Source: Octopus bimaculoides
Taxonomy: Eukaryota
DNA: 64,000 nt
Direction: 5' to 3'
NCBI RefSeq assembly: GCF_001194135.2
Contig: NC_068986.1
Coordinates: forward strand, 76,375,186-76,439,185
Both the position numbers and the translations under genes were made by a program. Each line of letters begins with the position of its first letter. Position 1 is the stretch's first letter. The notes under the pieces were generated by a model, which worked only from the letters and a program-made list of their open reading frames with translations, did not search any database and was not told the origin of the DNA. Of the stretch, positions 37,776-49,042 are shown in pieces.

Positions 37776-38774
37776 CCAGTATAAAAAAAAAAAAAAACTC
37801 TGATCATTCATGAGGCTTGTGGCTGTTTAGAGATGAAGTGTTTTGTAACCTAGAAAAGCAAACCAATTTCAGGGATCAAGGATGAGGATTTTCTTACTGA
37901 ATTCAGCAGAATAAAGTGAGTGGATGGTAGTAACTACCATGCAGTAAAAAAGGGTTAAGTGAACAGAAAATAGATCTTCAACAGGTTACTGTTTGAAGAA
38001 GTAAAAGTAACTCTTCGTCAGGTATAGCATACAACTGTCCACTGATGATGTCCTCAGTGGATGAACAAATGCAACAATGAGTAGGTGGTTAGCCGTAAAA
38101 AATACACACAAAGGTAAGCTGCCTCAGCTTTGTTGTCAATTGGAATTAGGCTAGGGTGGAGATAGTAAGGCCTTGCATTTGTAATAGTGTTATAGTTTGA
38201 GTTGTGTAATGAGTAATTAAGATGTAATGTTGTTGTTATGTTGTGACTGTTGGTTAGCTGAAGGCCAGCTCTGATCTAGTAGACTTATTTTCAATGATGT
38301 TTTAGCCATCACTGGCTGGCTGCCTTTCATTCACATATAGTGTATCTAGGACTATATTATTTAATGTGTTCTACATGATTTTCACAACGTTCATGTAGAA
38401 TGCCCTTTGATGGGTCAAGAGGAAAGGAAGAAAGTAAATTCAAAGGGAAGACCTACAACCTTTATCCTATGCGTTATCCTAACAACCACATGATTGTAAA
38501 ACAAACTTCTCATCCACACAGCCATGCCTACAACCATTTCAGTAATAAAAATACTTCTACTACAAGTAATAATGATATATTGTAAATTCTTCTTATTATA
38601 CTTCTCTACATTTTAATTTATTTTCTATTTATTTTTCTTCAGATTTTAAATCATAGATTTTATTGAGTAAAACAGGAATTCGGTAAGGAATTTTGTTTAG
38701 TAAACATAAATTATACAAACTATATCTGAATTTTAGATATTTACATGAAAGAGTCAATATTAAAACTACTGTCA

Positions 38775-38975
38775 TGATGGTGGTATTGATGAAGATAATG
38801 ATGGTGGTGATGGTGGTGATGATGATGCTGACAATGATGAGAACGACAACGATAAGGTAAGTGATGATGATGATGATGATGATGATGACAATGACAATAA
38901 TATAATGGTGATAGTAGTAGTGCTGGTGGAGTTGATGGCGATGATGATGATTATGATGATGATGATCATCATGAA
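38775..38975. repeat. Imperfect (GAT/GGT)n low-complexity tract
   Basis: Direct reading; it explains the Ile/Ser-rich ORF 38772-39002. Confidence 0.9.
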
Positions 38976-39995
38976 GATTATAGCATTTAAGCCTATTCTC
39001 AAAAGAAATAGTCTAGAAAGAATTGCTTCATATATTAAAATACACCTAGTATTTTTTTTTTTTTAAAGACGGTACTTAAAATAATTGAAAAGATTGGTTG
39101 CTCCCACCACACACTTTCCAGATTAAAGTATATAAAAGATAAATTATTGGATTTGTTTTTTCTTTTTTAAATGAAAGAGCGGGTAGAAAATTGCTAGAAA
39201 TGGTATTTAAAAAAAAATAATATGATGTACACAGAAGGTAGGTAATAAACATATACTGTACTGAAAATATAATGCTAAAGTTGTTGACATTTTCTGTTTC
39301 TGTTTTGTAGATATAACTGACATTCTGTGTGATCTTGTCATGAAATCAAAACAGGGTGAATGTCCTTGAAACCTTATGACATAGTGAAGGGCAAAATCTA
39401 ATGCCTGTGAGGGTAGCATCAGTATATTATGTATATTGCAATTAATATAGGAGCATCCCTATGATAGTTAAAAGCTATGATAATTAACCTTATTAATTAA
39501 TGTTACAGATTATGTTGCTTGTTTTTTTTGTTTTGTTTTTTTTCTCTCCTCATTAGTCATTAATATCGGTTTTAAAATAATTATGAAATAAAAAAAAAAG
39601 TGTTACCTATAAATAAAATTTTCAGGCTGCATGGCTGTATGGATAGGCACAGGCATAGGTGTGTAGTAAGAAGTTTGCTTTCCATGTGCATGGTTTTGGG
39701 TTCAGTTCCACTGCATGGTGACTTGGGCAAGTGTTTTATAATAAAGCCCCAGGCTAATCAAAATCTTTGGAAAACAGACACTGAAAGAAGCTCATCATCA
39801 TCATCATCATCATTATTGTTTAACATCCGTTTTCCATGCTGGGCATGGGTTGGACGGTCTGAGAAGAGTTGGTCAGCTGTCCAGACTCCAATTGTCTGTT
39901 TTGGTATGGTTTCTACAGCTGGATGTCCTTCCTAATGCCAACCACTTTACAGAGTGTGCTGGGTACTTTTTATGTGCCACCAGCATGAGTGTACT

Positions 39996-40341
39996 TATGC
40001 AGTGCCGGCACAAGTGCATTTTATGTGGCACTGGCATGAATACATTTTACATGGCACTGGCATGAGTGGTGTGTGTGTATTTATCTCCTTGTATCTTAAT
40101 GGATCAGAAAAAGAGACTGATAGAATAAATACCAGACTTTAAAATAAATAGATACTGAGGCCAATTCATTCAATTAAAACCCTTTATTTTAAAGTCTGGT
40201 ACTTATTCTATCAGTTTCTTTTTCTGATCCATTAAGATACAAGGAGAAAAACACACACACACATACACACCACTCATGCCAGTGCAGTGTAAAATGCATT
40301 CATGCCGGTGCCACATAAAATACACGTGCCGGTACTGCATA
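39996..40341. repeat. Long inverted duplication (arms ~153 and ~159 bp, 34-nt spacer)
   Basis: 39996-40148 is the reverse complement of 40183-40341, apart from scattered, mostly transition mismatches and a microsatellite length difference. Confidence 0.9.
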
Positions 40342-40354
40342 TGCTTTTAAATAA

Positions 40355-40390
<36 letters not shown>

Positions 40391-40392
<2 letters not shown>

Positions 40393-40570
40393 CAGATCCA
40401 CAATGAGCAGAACTTACCTGTAGGTATTGGTAGTACAAATCAGAGGTGCAATCTGTGTGGGTGTTTTTTCAGAACATTGTCTGGTTTAAAAAGCCACATC
40501 ACACGCCATGAAAGGGCTAAGGTGTAGGTGCAGGAGGTGGTCAAACTCTGTGTAAGGAGTAGACAACCAC
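40391..40570 (+). mobile_element. 5'-truncated LINE 3' end encoding one C2H2 zinc finger, inserted in (TA)n
   Basis: Open frame 40396-40527 contains CNLCGCFFRTLSGLKSHITRH (C-x2-C-x3-F-x5-L-x2-H-x3-H), then a short tail. (TA)n lies on both sides. The LINE origin is inferred. Confidence 0.5.
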
Positions 40571-40699
40571 TATATATATATTTTTTTTTTTATAAACTTG
40601 TGTGTGTGTTTGTATATAAAAATTATTTTACATTAAGTAGCATTGGAAGCAGGGATCAAGAGGTCTCTTTAGACTTGTTGAGACTATGACAACCACTTT

Positions 40700-41560
40700 A
40701 GTGTTCATGCCATAATAAACATGTACCCAGTAGACTCTTCAAAATGGCTGAACACAAAAAAAAAGCATCCAGTTATAGAAACTTCGTCAAAAATTAAATA
40801 TAAGAATGAGATTTATATTGATCCTTCTAAGAGAGCAGTAATTTTGAATCGAAACGAACTTGCACTAATAATTCCTCATAACAGGACAATCCATTCGGAT
40901 AATCTGGAGGAAAACCTCCACAAAAAACCCGGATTACGCAGCTATGCTCAAAGCATAAAAAAATGCCCTCTCTTCTTTCTATAAACACAAAGACGGTAGT
41001 ATCTCCCTGTCTACTCTCACCTTCCTTTTCAAATGATACTTGACGAAATTGATGAAAACAGCCAGTTTGGAAAATGCCAATCTTCAAACCTCTCAGACGA
41101 GTTCACAAGTTTCTTCTGCCACAGCCACCAAGCAAAGTACTAATCTCCTTTCCCTTCTAAAAGAAGGTGGCTGGCCAATCTTCCTTACAGACTTGCTAAA
41201 TAGCCAGATTCGTCCTACGTCACTAATTGTTCGATGCAAGCCGACAGATTGCTAATGTGGACACTGAAAGATGTCTCGAACAACTGAATCCCGACTGTAG
41301 CACTGTTATGCCAAGGACTTTTGAAAATTGTCTATCATCTCCGACCTGAAAGTTCTCCAAAAGAGGCGACTCGGACTGTTCTTGTCGATGCCTTGATTAA
41401 ATCCTATGCTATCATCGCTCATATTCTCAAGTAGCTATCTACAGAAATCTAGAGTTGTTTACAGTCGTATCCAGCTGGTATACAGCGCGAGTGCCTGACA
41501 ATATTCTAGAGGCCAAAAGCCCAACCCCGGTCTCCGCTTGACATATGATCGCAGCTTGGT
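40700..41560 (+). mobile_element. Possible highly degraded CR1/L2-type reverse transcriptase fragment
   Basis: Only faint motif echoes (NKHVPS, SLLKEG..P, RPTSL, VLVD..KSY..I.H) across stops and frameshifts. Confidence 0.25.
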
Positions 41561-42250
41561 AAAGATGAGCTGCAGAAAAGACATGTCGCACGAAATAGTA
41601 ATCATAAGAGTGGCAATGAGACAGAATCGTTAGGGTATCGGAGAAGATATATTGCAGAGTTTGTTCCGGCTTCTTAAACTCTTAGTTCAAATCCCTCCAA
41701 AATCAACTATGCCTTTCGTTCTTCTCTGGATCAATAAAATAAAGTGCTAAAGTAGTGACTTGCCTTATCCCTAATCATTTCTGGCCAAGCTGGCACAGTC
41801 GTTAGAGCGTCGGAAAATGCTGCCTCTGAGGCCAACATTGCTTTTGGCAGTTCTTGCGTACCAGTCAAGTACAGAGGTCATGGACATTTGAGGGAGGGGT
41901 TGATATTGACTACACGTCCTCCTTCAGTATAAGTGTTTGCGCCTATATTAGAAACGATTGTTTTTTTATCTTTTGTAAAAAGCCGGAAGTCAAGATATGG
42001 AAACACAACAAACATGTTTTAGTTTTAAACTAATATAGTTTTATATTTCACTTTTTTTGCTTTCAATTAAAACAGCGTTTTCACATCTCAGTTTCTGTGA
42101 GAACATTCATCCCTGATTCATCAGTATATACCTATATGTGTATGCGTTAACAAAACACCAGCTTATTGGGCCACAAGTCCAACGCCATCCTGGAGTTAGA
42201 TGTTTGTACGTGTGTGTTTGACATATATACAGGCAGAAGTATATATCTGT

Positions 42251-42287
<37 letters not shown>

Positions 42288-42934
42288 TTAAGCAGGGGAA
42301 GTAACCGTACTTTGCACGTTTCACAAGCGTTTTATTTGTTTTCAGTTTCTCTTCTGTTTCTCTTTATTCCTCTCTCTTTCTCCCTCTCTTTTTTCCTTTC
42401 CGTCTCATCCTCTCTTATTTCTTTCTTTCAATTTTATCCTTCACACTTTTCTCTCTCTTCACTTTCCTAATCTTTTTTCATCTCGTAATATTTCGAATTT
42501 CGTTTTTGTCTCCCTAGACACAACATTTCGAATTTTTTTCCGATAAATTTTTCATCGTTTAATCATTTCATTCCTTTTCCCGTTTCTGTTTTCGCATGAT
42601 TCTTTCTACTTGTTTTAAATTCATTTGATTTCGTAGTTCCAAATCATTGTCACTAAAAGGTGAAGGTACTTCACCTTTCCCATGGTCAAACATTCTCTAC
42701 CAACCATATAAATTGGCGTTTTTAACCGCTCATTCTTCTCTGCCTCTACCTGTCTATTTATCTCTCTATCTCTCGCCTAATCTACCTTCACACATCTATT
42801 CTTCCTGTCTGTCTCTCCTCTCTTAATCTACCCTCACATTCTCTCTTTCATACTCTCACTCTCTCTTGTCCCATTCATCTACCCTCACTCTCCCTCTCTA
42901 ACTCTCACCCTCCCGTACTCTCTCTCTCTCTAAG

Positions 42935-42939
42935 TCAGT
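42935..42939 (+). promoter_or_regulatory. Candidate Initiator (TCAGT) / TSS
   Basis: TCAGT directly after a (CT)n tract, 32 nt before the ATG of the candidate first exon, within a CpG-retaining domain. Confidence 0.3.
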
Positions 42940-42970
42940 AGATCTCGATGCGTGAGTGAGGAGTGAGAGT

Positions 42971-43037
42971 ATGAGTCTGAAGCCAACAGACATGGACCTT
43001 CCAATTGATGAAATAGTACTCTACAGAGATGAACACG
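42971..43037 (+). CDS. Probable first coding exon of a PDZ-domain gene (SYNJ2BP/OMP25-like start): MSLKPTDMDLPIDEIVLYRDEH(G)
   Basis: ATG, 22 open codons plus 1 nt, then a strong donor CACG|GTAAGG. EIVLYRDEHG resembles the first PDZ strand EEINLTRGPSG|LGF of SYNJ2BP. The expected next exon (LGFxIxGG) was not found in this window. Confidence 0.5.
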
Positions 43038-46000
43038 GTAAGGCATAATACAATTACATCAAACGTCAAACTTAACTATTCCTATCACACAATCTACCTT
43101 TGCAGTCGTTTCCACACATTTTATTTACCATATATTTGTCTTCAGCTATCTCTAAACTTATTCCGAACTCAATATTTTTACCGTTATTCTTCAGATTCAT
43201 TCACGTTTGTTAATGACAAACATAAGAAGAATAAAATAATAATAATGATAACTTCTTTTTTCAAATGAAATACTTGTGTCCGATACTCATTTGAAATGTC
43301 CTGTAGATGACCTTTACGTACGTACATACATACATATATGCATATATAAAATTTCTGTTGATTCACCAAGCAATAAATGACAAAACTCAATACGTAAATG
43401 TAGAGTATATGTATATTTTTACATATAAACGTGTGTGTATATATAAATGTATATGCGTGTATAGATATGTGTATATACATGCATATATATTTGTATATAT
43501 ATATAGATATATGTGTGTGTGTATCAGTGTGATTCTTATTGTTGCTTTGATTCCTCAGTATTATATGAATACATTTCTTCCATCTACCCGTAATATTTCA
43601 ATATTGCTGCACCTCGCCCACGCATTAAAGCGTGTAATGCATATATATATACATATATATATATAACTACGAATTGGTCCTCTCCTCACTCGACTTGGTT
43701 TCCTCATGACTTTCTGATATTGCACATTTATTAAAAGAAATTTTCCTGAGATGCGTTTTTGAGTGTGTAGATTACAATTAAGTTGATATAGTTTAAGGAA
43801 ACAATTTGAAGGAGTTTCGGATCACCTCGCCTCTCACCTTTGATATTGCCAATTTACATAACTTTAGCATTTTTCACTTGTTTCAAATTTACATATTTGA
43901 AATATCAATATTACGCAATCTACGTCCTCGAAAACGTATTTCTTCAAAATGCCATTTAAGCAATAGCCGGAATGTGGGGTAGAATGATCCTAAACTCTTT
44001 AAAAATAAAATTTAATGGTAATCAAAATCATCGTAACCTATACCCCCCCTCCCAAAAAAAAAACATTTCTCTGCAAAATTTCATTTGTAAAAAAAAAAAC
44101 ATGCATTTTTCAGAAAGGTATGAGGAAACAAAGTCGATGTGGTACCGGAATGTAGTATAGCATCATCGAGATATAACGAGTTGTTGGATTGACTTCGTTG
44201 CTACTCTGAGTTTCACGTACCGCCACGTGTGATCCTTCAGGCTTCCAACGAATAAACTCTACCATACATACATACATACAAATAAATATATATATAATGT
44301 GCTGCATACATTTCAGCAGCAACACGTTTTTCTTCTCATTACACCCATCATACACTCCAATATGTAGCCCATTTCATGGTAAAAATTAGTCCCGATTTCT
44401 CGTCCCACAGTATTTCAAATTTTCTTTCTGTTAGCATTGTGTCTCCTTTTATGAACTCGAAAACTTTCATAGCCAAGGTTTAAAAATTCTACTTTGTTTT
44501 ATTTATAACAATAGTAGAGCAACACCGATCCATATATGTGTGTATATAGTCATGCCGTTGCTAAATGTGAAAATATCATAAACCTAATTGACCGTTTTAA
44601 AAAATAATCCCAGAAAATGAAACCGGAATACATACAAATCCTCAGATTCTTAAACTCTATGAAACTTGTCAATATAATATGCTTGCAGTCAGTCTATATA
44701 TTTATTTCTCGTATATTATTTACAATTTTCAATAGAGTCTGAAATTATAGCTATAATTATTTATACACTCGGTGCCAGAAATCTTCTATACTCATTCAAC
44801 ATGTCTTTATTTCTATAGATTTATTTCGTTCGTGGCTCTTGTTATTGTTTCGCCCTAGATCAGACCTAAAATGAGAAAATCTATGATCAAACACTTTTCG
44901 GCTATAAGCATTCCTTCTTTATATACACCGGGGTATACAGTATCCAATGTTTACTTCTTTATTTAACATAGTATGGTGTGATTTGAGGTAGATTCGGCTG
45001 CTATTTGTAACGAATTGAGCAACTTTGTTGAGGCACTGGCCGTCTGATTTTCTTTGTGTGTGTATACGATTATATTCATCCATGTTTTGTTGATTAAAAT
45101 TGTTTGATTCACTATTTCTGTTTTCTTTTTGACTTCTTTTTCGTCAGAGAATGATGGAGTCAGGTTATTTATGTTCGTCTTTCTTTGTGTCGTCGTGTTC
45201 CTGCCTAATTGTTGGAGTCTGATAATAGACAGACACTAGTAACCAGGGCGGTGCCCACATGGTCGCTCAATATACTAGAAATAGCCGCCAAATTCTCTTC
45301 AAATCACATTCTATCACCTAGATACAAAAACAGAAAAAAAAAAAGACGGGATGATCAAAATTGGGATGTTTTTGATCTTAGACCAGTTGATCATGGCTGA
45401 CCTTGGGCTAAACAGCAATATTTAAAAGACGATCTTTAAAACAAGCAACTATATGTGACCGAGAGTAATTTCACGTGTTTATTTGCCGGTTAATTCCACA
45501 AGTTTCACGTTGATCACTATGGTTGTTGATGTGGTCATTTTATAGACAAAACAAAAGAATTTATTACAAAAATAACATCTTATGCCATATATTTTACTAT
45601 AAATGAAGCAAATAGTTTTACACCTTAAATCCAAGATCAGTTTGTAAATAGCTGGGGGAAAGACACCGTTTTTGCATCGTTTCATTCGTATAAGTTGTCT
45701 TTGTAGTTGGCATTAATTAAATGCTAAGTAGAAAACACAATCTAGTAGTCTTGCTATGGCTTAATTTTTTTTTAATTTTTATCAAGATGGGTTAATTATA
45801 AACGCCTTCTCATCGTCTTTCCTTGTTGACTTCAAAAAATGGTTTTAAAAGGCTGACACTGAAAATATTTTCATCTATTTGGTATTAAAGTTCCAGTGCA
45901 AACAGTAAATATTATCCAAAGTATTTGGTCTTTCGTTAATTCGAGTAAAAGACCAACTTTTTGAAGGTTAGAAGACGTTATTGTCAGGCGAGTGGTTATT

Positions 46001-48120
46001 TCTGCTGCCATCTCACCTGTCTGCACTGCGGTCGCTCGACCTACTAGAAATAGTAGCTAAATTCCCTCATTATCACACCGTACAGTCTTTGTAAAGAATG
46101 GTATATTGGATAAATAATGTGAGAGCAGTCGCAATGTGCGTGGGCTAAACGTGGTGGACTTGGTGGGAACATCTTTGAGCATTGGCCTGTTCGATGAGGG
46201 TTGGCATGTCTCGAATGAACAAATGTTTACGCATTTTCTTATATTATCTGTTGAAGTATTGATAAATAACAGTTTATCATTTCTAATTGATACTTGTACC
46301 TAATGAACTCGACTCTCTAGCATAGCTATACTCTCTCTCTCTATCTCTCTCTCTCTCTCTCGCTCAGTTAATTTGGCCTGTTGAGATCACCTAATTGCTA
46401 CTCCCTCAGTTTAGAGAAAAATAAATACATCGTTAACTCCTTTCTATTTTCTCCGCTACACCTTTCTACAAAGGTGAAAATTGTCGTCAATTTTCTGTTA
46501 TTTAACGGTGATTTAAGGTAGATTGTTTTCCGCAAAGATTAGAAACTCGTCGACTATTTTTTCAGTAGATTTATTCGGCGTTTTTATTTGTTTGTTTCGT
46601 CTGTATGTCCTTCTTCAGAGGACAACCACGAGCCATCGACACCTTTCGGAGATGAGACTAAACAGTAGCTCAGGATTTTGGGGCAGTTACAAATATAATT
46701 AAAATGTTCTGTTGTTCTTGATTGTCCGGTTTTAAATTTGACTAGGCTTTGGTTGTTTCAAACGTAATGAAAAAGTATTGTTTTCTTTCCTAATTTTCAA
46801 TCGTAGATTTTTTTGTCATGCTGACACCCAAATTTAATCAGGAACTGTTTTTTTTAAATAGATTCCAGCCTGTAGAAGCTAAACTCTCTTAACTCTTCTG
46901 ACCTGGGTTTTGGGGTATACAAAATTCCTGCTTTTCCTGAACCTCAATTACGTAGATGACACAAGGGGGGAAATTAAAATTAATTTAAAAATTAACAAAA
47001 AACAGTTAATTTCACTTTTTCTATACTCGTATCAATCAAATAACCTCTATCATTAGATGAAGGTTATATATATACATATATATGAATTGTTGGTCGCTAT
47101 AGGAAAGGAACTAAATGATGGTTGTATATTTTCAAAAATATTGTATGTTCTCAGTTTCAATCAAGCCATCAGATACTTGATGCTGTGCGCAAAATGTATC
47201 TGTTGTTGCATCTCTTTTTTCTTTTTTACTTCTATGTTAAAATCGTTTAAGCCAAATTCGTAATCGAATTTTCGTTCCTCACTGATATTTTAAAATAATG
47301 TTTCTCTTGCTATCAGTAGTTATATGCATTTCCGATTGAGGCCGACAATCGATAGGTGGGTGACCTGAATTCCAACTGCTTCATCACTATTAGTCATTTC
47401 TTATCTTTCACACTTTCACTTCCAAATACATAAAAAACAGCTTCTCTTTTGAACTGGTTTTGAAACTGAAGTTTGACAGCTCTGTGTACCTGTATACCTG
47501 TGTTCAGTTATGATTTACTTACACACTGACAATTGCGATGATGGAATTTTACCTGATGGGGTAGCAGTGTCATCCAACAGCCATGCAGTAGACGACGTGC
47601 AGAACTTGTTAGGAAACGCAGTGTTGGAGAAATAATCAGAATTTGAGTAGCTGATAACTGAACATGCAGTTTAATATTGACTTAATGTTTATTTGATAAG
47701 GATCATTTGCATCCTTCAATGTCAACTTGATATTTAATCTCATGCCTCCTTCCACTTACTTTTAATAGCTGGAAATGAATTCCAATTCACTAAATAAAAG
47801 AAACAATCTTGTATTTCTTTAACATATTGATTTCTTAGTAGTAGTAACAATATATTTTGTGTAAAGGGCTGGTGTTAAAGAGTTAATATCCATGTTATTA
47901 CTGGTATGTATTTTATCAATCACACGGATGTTGTCAATATATTCTGTAAAATCATTTGCTGTGTGTTACACACTGATTTGTTCTGTTTGCATAAGGGTTG
48001 TCCTGAAAGTAATGCAAAAGTTGGAATAACTTTTTTTTTATCAAGTGATATCAGTAATTCAAATTGCACAAGTTGGTAGAGTGACTTTTCTGTATAAAAG
48101 ATACTACTCAACTCAATCTC

Positions 48121-48630
48121 TATCACAAATGATGCACTTATTTGCTCCATCCTTGAAACCAACTCTCAAATTTTCTCTGAAATAATTCAAGTGTGAACTG
48201 CTGTATCCACTTCTTTACAGCTGCTTTCACTTTATCTCTGTCATCAAATCTTTCCTTCCAAAGACTGTCCTTCATTTGACTGAACTGGTGAAAGTGGTAG
48301 AGCACCAGATTCAGATTATATGGTGAATGGGGAATCACTGACCTATCCTATTTGCCATTTGTGTGCTTTGTTGCCAATGTGTGTAATGCATTGTCATGGT
48401 GAATCCTGGTTTCTATTTTTTAAAACTTCTTCATCCATCTGTGCACATTGCTCTTGTCAATTGTGTAATATCCATAAACATTCTGTAGCCTTCAGTGGCG
48501 GTTGGACAGCCCGTACCCCTCCTTCATCAAGAATTCATTTCTTTGCATGGAACCTAACTTTTGTTTGCAATGAAGGAAAATAAGAAGAAGAGTTACTCTA
48601 CCAACATATTCAGTTTGAATGACCCATGTT
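48121..48630 (-). mobile_element. Mariner transposase relic
   Basis: Minus-strand translation HSPYNLNL...DDRDKVKAAVKKWI...QGWSKCI, a decayed HPPYSPDLAP...WxKCI C-terminus, joined to 5' sequence. Confidence 0.6.
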
Positions 48631-48710
48631 AGTTACCAAAAGTTATGCTCACTTCTGCAGTACTTTTGGGATAATTCTCATAAAATAAAAATAAAAAAAC
48701 TTTATCATTC

Positions 48711-49042
48711 GGGTTCAGTCCCACTGCATGGCACCTTGGGCAAGTGTCCTCTACTATAGCCTCGGGCCGACCAAGTGGATTGAGTGGATTTGGTAGACAG
48801 AAACTGAAAGAAGCCTGTCGTATATATGTATATATATATATGTGTGTGTCTGTGTTTGTCCCCCCGGCATCGCTTGACAACCGATGCTGGTGTCTTTGCG
48901 TCCCCGTAACTTAGCGGTTCGGCAAAAGAGATCGATAGAATAAGTACTAGGCTTACAAAGAATAAGTCCTGGGGTCAATTTGCTCGAATAAAGGTGGTGC
49001 TCCAGCATGGCCGCAGTCAAATGACTGAAACAAGTAAAAGAG
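48711..49042 (+). mobile_element. Young 5'-truncated family-C SINE
   Basis: GGGTTCAGTCCCACTGC...(TA)(TG)n...GACTGAAACAAGTAAAAGAG with most CpGs intact. Further copies at ~27835-28270 (-), 52858-53335 (-), 54160-54480 (+), 56660-56880 (-), 57270-57525 (-), 59580-59750 (-) and 62000-62230 (-). Confidence 0.85.

Noticed and set aside
37995-38075. Hammerhead-like CTGACGA (-) and CTGATGA (+) motifs with nearby stems
   Set aside because: The GAAAC element is incomplete on both strands and stem I cannot form; at most a heavily decayed Penelope remnant.
38772-39002. Ile/Ser/Pro-rich ORF
   Set aside because: Translation of a (GAT/GGT)n low-complexity tract.
47486-47636. Phase-1-compatible + strand exon candidate (VMIYLHTDNCDDGILPDG...LEK*)
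   Set aside because: It would join the 42971 exon in frame but gives a short peptide without the expected PDZ GLGF motif; no further support.
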